The notes under the pieces: model-generated
The model's database searches: none
What the model saw: only the letters and a program-made list of their open reading frames with translations
Told to the model about the DNA's origin: nothing
Made by a program: the position numbers and the translations under genes
From: an uncultured Solirubrobacterales bacterium
Lineage (GTDB): Bacteria > Actinomycetota > Thermoleophilia > Solirubrobacterales > 70-9
Assembly (NCBI GenBank): GCA_963774305.1
Contig: CAVZEM010000007.1
Span: 93,231 to 157,230 of the forward strand
DNA: 64,000 nucleotides
Direction: 5' to 3'
In this document: piece by piece, positions 9,702-18,958 of the stretch
Layout: each line of letters starts with the position of its first letter
Position numbering within the stretch: position 1 is the first letter of the stretch

Positions 9702-10372
9702 GAAGCGGGCTGCTCCTCAGCGTCCCCCTCGGGGCCACCGCGCATCTCAGTGGGCGGCGTGTCGCCGCCGCGGCGTCGCCGGATCACCAGATAGATGATG
9801 GCGGCGATGGCGGCCAGGACGACCACGTAGTCGAGGAAGGCGAGCCTCTGGTGCCATTTGTCCCAGTTGTCGCCGACCGCGCGGCCGATCAGGGCCAGGC
9901 TCGAGAGCCAGATCACCGAGCCGGCGAGTGTGAAGGGGATGAAGCGGCGGAGCGGCATCTCCGCGACCCCCGCCGGCAGCGAGATGAAGGCGCGCACGAG
10001 CGGGATCAGCCTGCCGACGAAGACCGTGATGTCGCCGTGGCGCTTGAACCAGCCGTCCGCCCAGTCGAGGCGCTTGTGGTCTATGTGGATCAGCTTGTTC
10101 CTCTCGAGCAGCTCGATCCGGCCGTAGTACCCGACCGCGTAGGCGATGCAGCAGCCGATCAGCTCTCCGGCCACCCCGGCGGCGATCACGCCGAGCAGGG
10201 TGAGGTCGCCGTCGCTCACCTTGAAGCCGGCGAACATCATCGTCGCCTCGCTCGGGATCGGGATGCAGGCGCTGCCCAGCATCGTCAGCACGAAGACGCC
10301 GGCATAGCCAACCGAGCCGATGAAATCGGTGCAGAGGTTGACGAGTGGATCGAGGAGAGCGGCGATCGGCAT
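9698..10372 (-). CDS. DedA-family membrane protein
   Basis: SACIPIPSEATMMFAGF and GRLIPLVRAFISLPAG motifs typical of DedA/SNARE-associated proteins. Its stop overlaps the uppP start. Confidence 0.85.
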   Translation of the reverse strand: MPIAALLDPLVNLCTDFIGSVGYAGVFVLTMLGSACIPIPSEATMMFAGFKVSDGDLTLLGVIAAGVAGELIGCCIAYAVGYYGRIELLERNKLIHIDHKRLDWADGWFKRHGDITVFVGRLIPLVRAFISLPAGVAEMPLRRFIPFTLAGSVIWLSSLALIGRAVGDNWDKWHQRLAFLDYVVVLAAIAAIIYLVIRRRRGGDTPPTEMRGGPEGDAEEQPAS

Positions 10373-10497
10373 GAAATTCAGCGCGGATGGGCAGCCCCGG
10401 GCCCGCGCGGCGCCACATGGTAGGGAGTTGCAGTTCGCCTCGCGGGGATCCTCATTTTTCCCGGTTTTCGCCGGAGCGCACTAGACTCGCTGCTCGC

Positions 10498-12393
10498 GTG
10501 GAGCGGCTCAAGCACCCCGTCTACAGGCACCGCCTGATCCAGCTCGCCGCAGACGCAGTCCTCATCGCGGCCGCCTACTACCTGGCCTTCAGGTTGCGGT
10601 TCCTCGATGCCTCAGGCGGCATCCCGGACCGCTACGACCACATGCTCGGCCACTCCATCGGTTTCGTCGTCGCCGGCCAGCTGATCGTCTTCTACGCCTT
10701 CGGCCTGTACGAGAAGTGGTGGCGCTACTTCCGCCTGCCGGACATGATCGCCGTCCTCCGCGCCTGCGCGGTCTCGACGGCGATCCTGGCGATCGCCTTC
10801 CTGCTGCTCAAGCCATTCGACGACCAGATCCCGCGCTCGGTCGTCGTCAGCTACTTCCTGCTCACGGTCTTCCTGATCGGCGGGGCGCGGCTGCTGGTGC
10901 GGATGCTGCTCGTCGAGCGGATGGCGCGGCGCGACGTTCGCGGCGCCCGCCGCGTGCTGGTGGTCGGCGCGGGCTCGGGCGGCCAGATGGTTGCCCGCGA
11001 GATGCAGCTCAACCCGAATCTCGGCTCCCGCGCGATCGGCTTCCTGGACGACGATCCCCGGAAGCGCGGCATGCGCCTGCACAGCATCAACGTGCTCGGC
11101 ACCACTGACGAGGTCGGCGAGATCCTGGACGAGTTCCACCCCGACGAGGTGATCATCGCGATCCCCTCGGCGCCGGGCGTGCTCCGCGGCCGAGTCGTGA
11201 CGGCCTGCCGCGAACGCGACGTCCCGGTGCGGACGCTGCCCACCGTGTTCGAGCTGCTCCGGGGGGGAGTCCAGCTCACCAGGCAGCTGCGCGAGGTCCA
11301 GGTCGAGGACGTGCTCGGTCGGGAGCCGGTGAAGATGGAGCTCGACCGGGTCGGCGCCTACATCCAGGACAAGGTGGTCCTGGTCACCGGCGCCGGTGGC
11401 TCTATCGGCTCGGAGCTGGTCCGCCAGATCGCCCGGGTGCGGCCGAAGCTGCTGGTCATCCTCGACCACGCCGAGGACAACCTCTTCCGGATCGACCGCG
11501 AGATGATCGAGGAGCGGCACTTCGCCCGGGTCGAGTCGGTGCTAGCCGACTGCAAGGAGGGGGACCGGATGCTCGAGGTGATGCAGCGCTTCAAGCCGGC
11601 GGTCGTCTTCCATGCCGCGGCGTACAAGCACGTCACCCTGATGGAGGCGAACCCGCTCGAGGCGATCCGCAACAACGCGATGGCCACCAAGGTCACCGCG
11701 GAGACCGCAGTCGCCTCGGGCTGCGAGCGCTTCGTGCTCGTCTCCACCGACAAGGCAGTCAATCCGCGCACCGTGATGGGTGCCTCCAAGGCGATGGCCG
11801 AGTGGATCGTGGAGGCTGCCGGCCGCAAGCACCCACAGACCCGCTTCGTCACGGTCCGCTTCGGAAACGTCCTCGCCTCCTCCGGCAGCGTGGTCCCGAT
11901 CTTCCGCAGCCAGATCGAGCGCGGCGGGCCGGTCACCGTGACCGATCGTGAGATGACGCGCTACTTCATGACCATCCCGGAGGCCGTTCAGCTGGTGATC
12001 CGCTCCGGCGACCTCGGTGGCGCCAGCGGAGAGGTCTTTGTGCTGGAGATGGGAGAGCCGGTGAAGATCGTCGACCTGGCCCACAACATGATCCGGCTGG
12101 CGGGATACGAGCCAGAGGTCGACATCGCCGTCGAGATCGTCGGGGCCCGGCCCGGAGAGAAGCTCCACGAGGAGCTGTTCAACTCCGACGAGCGGCCTCA
12201 GCCAACGGCGTCGGACCGGATCGTGCGCGCCGTTCGCCACGCCCCGCTCGACCCGGAGTGGGTCAACGGCACGCTGGGTCGTCTCGAAACCTTGATCCGA
12301 GAAGGCGACGAGGCCCACCTGGCGGAGCAGACCGTGGAGCTGGTCTCCGCGCGGCGGGCAACCGAGCTTCCCGTTGACGATCTGACTGCTTAG
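10498..12393 (+). CDS. CapD/WbpM/PglF-like membrane-anchored NDP-sugar 4,6-dehydratase/epimerase
   Basis: N-terminal TM helices, then VLVTGAGGSIGSEL (Rossmann fold), HAAAYKHV and STDKAVNP motifs. The GTG at 10498 is preferred over the track start at 10387 (start uncertain). Confidence 0.85.
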   Translation: MERLKHPVYRHRLIQLAADAVLIAAAYYLAFRLRFLDASGGIPDRYDHMLGHSIGFVVAGQLIVFYAFGLYEKWWRYFRLPDMIAVLRACAVSTAILAIAFLLLKPFDDQIPRSVVVSYFLLTVFLIGGARLLVRMLLVERMARRDVRGARRVLVVGAGSGGQMVAREMQLNPNLGSRAIGFLDDDPRKRGMRLHSINVLGTTDEVGEILDEFHPDEVIIAIPSAPGVLRGRVVTACRERDVPVRTLPTVFELLRGGVQLTRQLREVQVEDVLGREPVKMELDRVGAYIQDKVVLVTGAGGSIGSELVRQIARVRPKLLVILDHAEDNLFRIDREMIEERHFARVESVLADCKEGDRMLEVMQRFKPAVVFHAAAYKHVTLMEANPLEAIRNNAMATKVTAETAVASGCERFVLVSTDKAVNPRTVMGASKAMAEWIVEAAGRKHPQTRFVTVRFGNVLASSGSVVPIFRSQIERGGPVTVTDREMTRYFMTIPEAVQLVIRSGDLGGASGEVFVLEMGEPVKIVDLAHNMIRLAGYEPEVDIAVEIVGARPGEKLHEELFNSDERPQPTASDRIVRAVRHAPLDPEWVNGTLGRLETLIREGDEAHLAEQTVELVSARRATELPVDDLTA

Positions 12394-12397
12394 CGGC

Positions 12398-12493
12398 AAA
12401 CGGCTTCGCCATCAGGTCGCCGCCACAGGCGGCCGCCCCTGATAACCGCTCGGGGCTTCGCCCCTCGCTCATAGCGGGCGGCCTGGTGGCGGC
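12398..12493 (+). repeat. R2 structured intergenic repeat
   Basis: AAACGGCTTCGCCATCAGGTC-GCCGCCAC...GGGGCTTCGCCCC...GTGGCGGC. The closing stem carries a compensatory change relative to the other copies. Confidence 0.8.
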
Positions 12494-12521
12494 TGGCCCC
12501 TTAACATCCCGCGCCGCGGCC

Positions 12522-13367
12522 ATGAGCAGTCTGCTGAAGGAAGTCGGTGCTGTCGCGGGCCTCGCCTCGTTCCTGGGGCTGGCCCTGCTTTCGCTGCTCT
12601 ATTTCGCCCAGGCGCGCGACGTGCGCCGCCTGCGGGACCAGGCGAGCTTCCTCGTGGAGGGAGGCTCCGAGGACGGCGAGTCCGTCGCCCCCGCGGAGCG
12701 CACCGCGACTGCTGTCGCCTCCACCACCAAGGAGCCGGAGAAGGCCGCCGCCGCAGCCGCCGCTACGGCGCCCAACGAGGCCGAGGCATTCAGGCGGGCG
12801 GAGCTCGCCCGGCAGGCGGCCGAGCGCCGTCAGCGATTCGAGCAGCGCCGCCGGCCCGGCGGCGGGCGCGAGCGGCCGACGTGGCTCTCCGAGCCCCTCT
12901 CACTGGCCGTGATCGTGGTCGGCGCGATTCTCCTGGTCGCCGGCATCGCGTTCGGCGTCACCCGGGTCACCGGCGGGTCATCGGACTCGACCACCTCCGG
13001 CGCGGCCAAGAAGAGCAAGGGGCCGTGCCCGCCGAGCCAGACCAAGGTCGCCGTCCTCAACGGCACCGCCACGCCCGGGCTCGCCGCCCAGTCCGCCGCT
13101 CCGCTGAAGCAGAAGGGCTACAAGGTCGGCCCGGTCGGCAACACCACGACCCCGTTCCCGACCAGCGTCGTCATGTTCGACCCGACCGACGGCACGCAGT
13201 GCGCCCCGATCATCGGCCAGGTCGTCGGCATCCAGAAGACGCAGCCGATGAACAACGAGGTGCGAACCGCCGCGGAGGGAGACCCGGTAGCAGTGGTCGT
13301 CGGAGACGACAAGGCCGGGGGCTCGAGCACCACCGGGGTCAGCGACACGACCGGCTCGGGCATCTGA
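12522..13367 (+). CDS. LytR_C-domain membrane protein
   Basis: TM segment, charged linker, then KVAVLNGTATPGLAAQSAAPLKQKGYKVGPVGN..., typical of the LytR C-terminal domain. The ATG at 12522 is preferred as start. Confidence 0.7.
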   Translation: MSSLLKEVGAVAGLASFLGLALLSLLYFAQARDVRRLRDQASFLVEGGSEDGESVAPAERTATAVASTTKEPEKAAAAAAATAPNEAEAFRRAELARQAAERRQRFEQRRRPGGGRERPTWLSEPLSLAVIVVGAILLVAGIAFGVTRVTGGSSDSTTSGAAKKSKGPCPPSQTKVAVLNGTATPGLAAQSAAPLKQKGYKVGPVGNTTTPFPTSVVMFDPTDGTQCAPIIGQVVGIQKTQPMNNEVRTAAEGDPVAVVVGDDKAGGSSTTGVSDTTGSGI

Positions 13368-13393
13368 GCCAACGCAGCTAGACCGGCCGCCCT

Positions 13394-13843
13394 GTGAGCG
13401 AGCGCAGTCGATCGGCCGTCCTGTTCCCCGTCCTGGTGGTGTCGCTCCTGCTGGTGGCGACGGCCGGGGCGATCGTCGTCACGCAGCATCTCCGGGACGA
13501 GGGGCCGGTCGTCAGCTCGACGCGGATCAAGACTCGTCACAACGGCGACTACCGGGTCTGCTTCCAGCTCACTCGCGACGACACCGTTCAGGTCGCCGTC
13601 GTGGATGCCTCCGATCAGGTGGTGCGAGTCCTGGCGCGGCCGGCGCCCCTCACAGGCAGCGACAGCGCGCCTGAGGACACGCCGAAGGCGGGCGCCCATT
13701 GCTTCGACTGGGACGGGACCGATGCCGCCGGGCAGGCGGTGCCGCCCGGCGTCTACCGGATGCGGCTCCGGTTCCAGCGCATCGATCGCGTCCTGACTCC
13801 CGGAGAGCACCTGACCATCGGGGTGCGGGGGACGAATTCATGA
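13394..13843 (+). CDS. Membrane-anchored FlgD-Ig-like domain protein
   Basis: N-terminal TM segment plus CFDWDGTDAAGQAVPPGVYRMRLRF, which resembles FlgD Ig-like/FlgD_ig domains. Confidence 0.55.
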   Translation: MSERSRSAVLFPVLVVSLLLVATAGAIVVTQHLRDEGPVVSSTRIKTRHNGDYRVCFQLTRDDTVQVAVVDASDQVVRVLARPAPLTGSDSAPEDTPKAGAHCFDWDGTDAAGQAVPPGVYRMRLRFQRIDRVLTPGEHLTIGVRGTNS

Positions 13844-15378
13844 GCGAGACGCTGGAGGTCATCGGTTGCCTGGCCGCCGCGGCGGCGCTCTCCACCTCCT
13901 TCCTCGCCTCCAACGCCCGTCTCCGTGCGGCAGGGCTTGTCCTGGCGGGAGCGCTCGCGCTCGCGCTGATCGCCGGCCAGGGCTGGGACGAGCTGCGGAA
14001 CCTCCGCGAGCACCATTTGGAGTTCGCCGGCTTGATCGTCGCGGGCATCGTCGTGCTGGCGATTGGCGCCGCCGCGATGCTGCGCTGGCCGATCCTGCTG
14101 CCGCTGCTGCTGATCGCCGCGTTGCCGTTCCGGGTTCGCCTGCACGTGGCGGGAGGACAGGCGGTGAACCTGCTGGTGCCGCTCTACGTCGTGATCGGCT
14201 CCGGCGTGCTGGCGACCGTGGTGGCGACGATCCGCGGTCAGACCAGGCTCCGCAGGCTGCCCACACCGCTGGTCGTGGCGCTGGTCGCGGTGATCTGCCT
14301 GTACGCGCTCCAGACGATCTACTCGCCCGACGTCCCCTTCGCCGCTCGCAACGTCGGCTTCTTCCTGATCCCGTTCGCGATCCTCTTCTCGCTGCTGGCC
14401 GAGGCGACCTGGGACCGGCGTCTGCTCAAGCTCGCGCTCGGAGTGCTGCTGGCCGAAGGCTTGATCCTTGCCCTGGTCGGCATCGGGCAGTTCGTCGACC
14501 AGCACATCTTCTGGAACGGGAAGCTCGACGCATCGAACGACTTCCACTTCTACTTCCGGGTCAACTCGCTGTTCTGGGACCCGAACATCTATGGCCGCTA
14601 TCTCGTCCTGACGATCCTGCTCGCGACCACCACGCTGCTCTGGGCGGCCAACCGAGCCCTCGCGTTCGCGCTCGCCGGGGCGGTGGCGATCGCCTTCGCC
14701 GGACTCGTCTTCGCCTTTTCGCAGACGAGCTTCATCGCCCTCTTTGCCGGGCTGATCGTGCTGGTGGCGCTCCGCTGGAGCGTCCGCTGGACCGCGGTCG
14801 CGACGCTGGTGGCGGTCGTCCTGATCGGAGCCGGCCTTCTGATCCGCAGCTCGTCCAGCGGCTCGACGTCGATCAACACCGAGGGTCACGGGACTCTGGT
14901 CTCCGGCGGGTTGAAGCTGGCGCGCCATCGCCCGCTCTACGGCTACGGCTCGGCCTCGTTCTCCAAGGAGTTCGCTCGCGAGGAGAACGTTCCCCCAGGC
15001 GATACGACCATCTCTCACAGCGAGCCGGTCACGGTCGCGGCCGAGCAGGGCGCGATCGGGGTGATCGCGTACCTCGGGTTGCTCGCGGCCGCGCTCTGGA
15101 CCGTGCTCGGGGGGATGCGCGGAATCACGCCGGGTTGGGGTGGCCGGTTCCGGTCATTCGGGGGGGGAGACCGCGTCGAGCTGACTCCGGCGAGGATCGG
15201 GATCGCGGCCGCCTTCTGCGCTCTGCTCGTCCACACGATCGGATACGCGGCGTACCTCACCGACCCGCTCACCTGGGCCCTGCTCGCCGTTGGGGGCGTG
15301 CTCGCAGCTGAGGCCGGCGTTGGTGACTGGCCCAGGGCAAAGGGCGGCTCCTCCGCTTCGCGTCCGGGGCCGCCTTGA
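13840..15378 (+). CDS. O-antigen ligase/polymerase (Wzy_C) family membrane protein
   Basis: At least 10 predicted TM helices, with a loop of GYGSASFSKEF...ISHSEPVTVAAEQG typical of the Wzy_C family. The ATG at 13840 makes an ATGA overlap with the previous stop. Confidence 0.75.
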   Translation: MSETLEVIGCLAAAAALSTSFLASNARLRAAGLVLAGALALALIAGQGWDELRNLREHHLEFAGLIVAGIVVLAIGAAAMLRWPILLPLLLIAALPFRVRLHVAGGQAVNLLVPLYVVIGSGVLATVVATIRGQTRLRRLPTPLVVALVAVICLYALQTIYSPDVPFAARNVGFFLIPFAILFSLLAEATWDRRLLKLALGVLLAEGLILALVGIGQFVDQHIFWNGKLDASNDFHFYFRVNSLFWDPNIYGRYLVLTILLATTTLLWAANRALAFALAGAVAIAFAGLVFAFSQTSFIALFAGLIVLVALRWSVRWTAVATLVAVVLIGAGLLIRSSSSGSTSINTEGHGTLVSGGLKLARHRPLYGYGSASFSKEFAREENVPPGDTTISHSEPVTVAAEQGAIGVIAYLGLLAAALWTVLGGMRGITPGWGGRFRSFGGGDRVELTPARIGIAAAFCALLVHTIGYAAYLTDPLTWALLAVGGVLAAEAGVGDWPRAKGGSSASRPGPP

Positions 15379-15394
15379 TCTTCCACCTGGGCTG

Positions 15395-16972
15395 ATGACT
15401 GGATATCTCCGCCGCCTGGCGACGACGGGAGCCGCATACACGGCCTCCAGCGTGATCTCGAAGCTGATCGCGGTCGCCCTGCTGCCGCTCTACACGCGGT
15501 ACCTGACGCCCGCCGACTACGGCGCCGCCGAGGTCCTTGTCACGGGCGTGATCGCGGCCAGCATCGTGATCCGCCTCGGCATCATCGAGGCGCTGCTGCG
15601 TTTCTACTACCAGGCCGGCGAGGACCCGGACCAGGTCGTGAAGACGGCGTTCGCCTCGCTGCTCTGGACCACGACGATCGGGCTGGCGATCGCGCTTCCC
15701 CTCGCCGAGCCGCTGTCGCGGTTGCTCCTGGACCACTCCGACCCGGACCTGATGCGGATCGCGATCTTCGGGCTCTGGGTCTTCACGATGTTCGAGTTCC
15801 TGACGGCGCTCTTCCGGCTCGATGAGCGCGCCAAGGCCTACTTCGCCTTCACGGTCTCGAACGTCCTGGTGACCATCCCGGTGACGGTCTGGCTGGTGGT
15901 GGGGCAGGACAAGGGCGCCAGCGGCCTGCTCTGGGGTCAGTACGCGACCGGTGCCGTCTTCCTCGCCGGCCTGGTGATCGCGCAGAGGCGCCGCCTGGCG
16001 CTGGTCCCGGACTTCGCGCTCTGGCGGCGCATGCTGCGCTGGGGCCTGCCGACGATGCCCGCCGAGCTCTCGCTCTACTCCCTCAACTTCATCGACCGGG
16101 TGCTGATCGTCCGTCTGGTCGGGCTCGGCGACGCCGGCCTGTACAGCCTCTCGGTCAAGTTCGCCCAGGCGGTCAACGTGCTCGTCAAGGGCTTCCAGCT
16201 CGCCTGGCCACCGCTCGCGTACTCGATCCAGGACGACGACGAGGCCCGGCGGGCCTACGCCGTGATCGTCACCTGGTTCGTGTCGGTGACGACCTTCTTC
16301 GTCGCCGGGATGTGGCTGCTCTCGCGCTGGATCGTCCGAGCCCTGGCCGCGCCGGAGTTCTTCGACTCCTACAAGACGATTGGCCTGGTCTCGACCGGGG
16401 TGATGCTCTACGCGCTCTATCTCGTTCTGGTGGTGGTGCTCGGGCGGACCGGCCGCACGGAATACAACTTCCCCGCCACCGGTGCCGGGACCGTGGTCAA
16501 CATCGGCCTCAACCTGATCCTCCTGCCCTCGATGGGGATCGTCGGCGCCGGCGTGTCGCTGGTGGCCTCCTACGCCGTCGTGCTCGTTCTCATGTACGTC
16601 TTCACGCAGCGGCTCTTCAAGGTCCCCTACGAATGGCTGCGGCTCGCGCAGGCAACCGGCCTCGCTGTGGCGCTGGTGGCCGTTGGCGAGCTGCTCCTGC
16701 CCACCTCCGGGATCGGTGGCCTGGCCGGCCGCACCGTTCTCTGGCTTGCCTACCCCCTGCTGCTCTGGTTCTCAGGTTTCCTGAACGATGAGGAGCGGGA
16801 GGCGGCTGGCCGAGTCCTGAGCCCGGCGACCGTGAGGGCTGCGCTGACCAGCCTCCGCGAGGCGCCCGAGGAGGAGTCCGTCGGCGAACCGGAACCGGTC
16901 CATGCGCGAGGGCCGCGCCTCACCCGGGAGACGCTCGAGGCCGAGCAGCGGGATGAGGACGCGATCCGCTAG
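15395..16972 (+). CDS. Polysaccharide flippase (Wzx/MOP superfamily)
   Basis: Starts MTGYLRRLATTGAAYTASSVISKLIAVALLPLYTRYL. Multi-TM and about 525 aa, typical of Polysacc_synt/MOP flippases. Confidence 0.8.
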   Translation: MTGYLRRLATTGAAYTASSVISKLIAVALLPLYTRYLTPADYGAAEVLVTGVIAASIVIRLGIIEALLRFYYQAGEDPDQVVKTAFASLLWTTTIGLAIALPLAEPLSRLLLDHSDPDLMRIAIFGLWVFTMFEFLTALFRLDERAKAYFAFTVSNVLVTIPVTVWLVVGQDKGASGLLWGQYATGAVFLAGLVIAQRRRLALVPDFALWRRMLRWGLPTMPAELSLYSLNFIDRVLIVRLVGLGDAGLYSLSVKFAQAVNVLVKGFQLAWPPLAYSIQDDDEARRAYAVIVTWFVSVTTFFVAGMWLLSRWIVRALAAPEFFDSYKTIGLVSTGVMLYALYLVLVVVLGRTGRTEYNFPATGAGTVVNIGLNLILLPSMGIVGAGVSLVASYAVVLVLMYVFTQRLFKVPYEWLRLAQATGLAVALVAVGELLLPTSGIGGLAGRTVLWLAYPLLLWFSGFLNDEEREAAGRVLSPATVRAALTSLREAPEEESVGEPEPVHARGPRLTRETLEAEQRDEDAIR

Positions 16973-18009
16973 TCGGGCGGCTCGGGCGTGCCCTGGGCGG
17001 CGCGCTCAAGCACGGCCATCATCTGCGCCGCCTGGCGCTTCACGTCGTGAGCGGCAGCCACCTGTCTCGCGGCTGGATTGGGCGACGGCATGGCGGCGGC
17101 ATGCTGGAGGGCCGAGACGAGTCCCGGTGTGTCCTCCGGGTCGACCAGGACGCCGGCCTCCGGTGTGACGAACTCCGGCGGCCCCCCGACCTTCGTCGCG
17201 ACGACGCTGCGCTCCATCGCCATCGCCTCGAGGGTCGCTTGGCCGAAGGGCTCCGTCAGGGAGGGCTGGCAGAGGACATCGCACGCGGCCACCCACTGAG
17301 GGACATCTGCCTGCGGGACCCGGCCCGCCAGGGTGACCCCGGCGCGGCCCTCTAGAGCCCCCCTCAGCGGGCCGTCGCCGACGAAGGCGAGCCGCCCTCG
17401 GCCGAGCGATGCGAACGCGTCCGCGAGCCGCACCACGTTCTTGCGTTCGATCAGCGAGCCGACGCAGAGGAAGGCGGGGCCGTCGCCGTCCCAGCCGAGC
17501 GCCTGCCGCGCCTCGGCGGCGGGGCGGGGAGAGAAGGCGTCGAGGTCGACACCGCAATCGGCGATCTCGATCTTCGGCTCCGCGGCAGGGATCCGGTCGG
17601 TGAGCCGATCGGCGAGCCAACGCGAGTTGGCGATCACCGAGGAGGAACGACGCAGCACCCAGCGGGTCGCGGCAGTGACACCCGGGATCCGTCCCAGGTT
17701 GGCGACGTCCTGGCCATGGGCCATGACGACGAGCGGGACGCTCGCCGCCCGCGCTGCGAGAGCCCCCGCTGCGCCGGACGGGAAGAGGAAATGCGCGAAG
17801 ACGACGTCCGGCTGGAACCGCCGCGCCGCCGCGCGCGAATCCCGCACCAGGCGCACGTACTTCGAGCGCGAGCCGCCGCGCTGGCTGATCGAGGAGACCT
17901 CAACTTCATGCCCGAGCGCTTCGATCTCCCGCGTCAGGGGAACCAGGAAGCTGCCCAGGTCGGGCTGCTCCTGGCTGGGCCACATCTGGGTCACCTCGAG
18001 GATGCGCAC
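16969..18009 (-). CDS. Glycosyltransferase family 4 (GT-B)
   Basis: MRILEVTQMWP..., and a C-terminal half with the E...PFGQATLEAMAMERSVVATKVGGPPEFV motif. Confidence 0.85.
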   Translation of the reverse strand: MRILEVTQMWPSQEQPDLGSFLVPLTREIEALGHEVEVSSISQRGGSRSKYVRLVRDSRAAARRFQPDVVFAHFLFPSGAAGALAARAASVPLVVMAHGQDVANLGRIPGVTAATRWVLRRSSSVIANSRWLADRLTDRIPAAEPKIEIADCGVDLDAFSPRPAAEARQALGWDGDGPAFLCVGSLIERKNVVRLADAFASLGRGRLAFVGDGPLRGALEGRAGVTLAGRVPQADVPQWVAACDVLCQPSLTEPFGQATLEAMAMERSVVATKVGGPPEFVTPEAGVLVDPEDTPGLVSALQHAAAMPSPNPAARQVAAAHDVKRQAAQMMAVLERAAQGTPEPPD

Positions 18010-18011
18010 GG

Positions 18012-18941
18012 CTACGACCCTAAGGCCCGGTTGTACGCCTCCGCCGCCTCGCGGATCCCCTCGCCGCGCCCCGGCATCAGCGCCTGCCGGGCGTGGAGCC
18101 AGTAGCGCCGCGGAGAGTGCCCCGGGAGGAAGAGCGCGGCGCCGGCGCGCAACAGGTATGGCCAGGCGAGCACCGGCCGCATCAGGAATGCCTCCACTCG
18201 GCCGAGGTGCTTGCGTGCGTAGCGGTTGCGGTTGCGGTGGTACTCGACGATCCGGCGCTCCGCTCCGGAGACGTCCTGCGCCATCTGGTCGTGGTGGACG
18301 GCGCGCGCCGAGGGGACGTAGAGGATCTTCCAGTTCTCGTCCCAGAGGCGCTTGCAGAAGTCGGTCTCGTCGGAGTAGACGAAGAAATCCGGATCGAGCC
18401 AGCCGACATGCTCGGCCGCCTCACGGCGCACCATCATCGCGCTCGATTGAACCCAGCCCACCGGGCGCGTTCCGGTACCTCCGCTCTCCACCGTGAAGCG
18501 GCGGTGCAGGAAGAACGCTCCCGCCAGCGCGGTCTCACCGCTCGGCAGCCGCCATGCGCAGGGAACCTCACGGCCGTCTGGGGTCAGCAGCTGCGCGCCC
18601 GCGGCAGCCGCGTCGCGGTCGGACTGCAGAGCACCGAGCAGGGCGGCCACGGCACCCGGCTGCAGCTCTGAGTCCTCGTTGAGCAGGAGGCAGAACTCGC
18701 CGCGCGCCTCCTGGAGCAACCGGCTGTCGTTCTCGGCCTTGCCGGCCCGTCGGCCGAGCGCGATCAGGCGGATGTCGCGCCCCAGCGCGCGCACGGCGTC
18801 CGCCGATCCGTCGTCGGAGGCGTTGTCCAGCACGAGGATCTCGTGCTCGAGATCGGAGGGCGTCGTCCGCTCGATCGCCTCGAGGCAGGCGAGCAGGAGC
18901 TCCCGCCCGTTGGTGTTCACCACGCAATAGGAGACCAGCAC
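18012..18941 (-). CDS. Glycosyltransferase family 2
   Basis: SYCVVNTNGRE...ILVLDNASDDGS...LLLNEDSE (DxD-type GT-A motifs). Confidence 0.85.
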   Translation of the reverse strand: MLVSYCVVNTNGRELLLACLEAIERTTPSDLEHEILVLDNASDDGSADAVRALGRDIRLIALGRRAGKAENDSRLLQEARGEFCLLLNEDSELQPGAVAALLGALQSDRDAAAAGAQLLTPDGREVPCAWRLPSGETALAGAFFLHRRFTVESGGTGTRPVGWVQSSAMMVRREAAEHVGWLDPDFFVYSDETDFCKRLWDENWKILYVPSARAVHHDQMAQDVSGAERRIVEYHRNRNRYARKHLGRVEAFLMRPVLAWPYLLRAGAALFLPGHSPRRYWLHARQALMPGRGEGIREAAEAYNRALGS

Positions 18942-18958
18942 GGCGACAATGCTCGCCC

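Noticed and set aside
8785-9738. N-terminal 318 aa of the 650-aa ORF 7786..9738
   Set aside because: It is Arg/Pro/Gly-rich nonsense overlapping the well-supported uppP gene in another frame. The PurM-like homology begins at the ATG at 8784.
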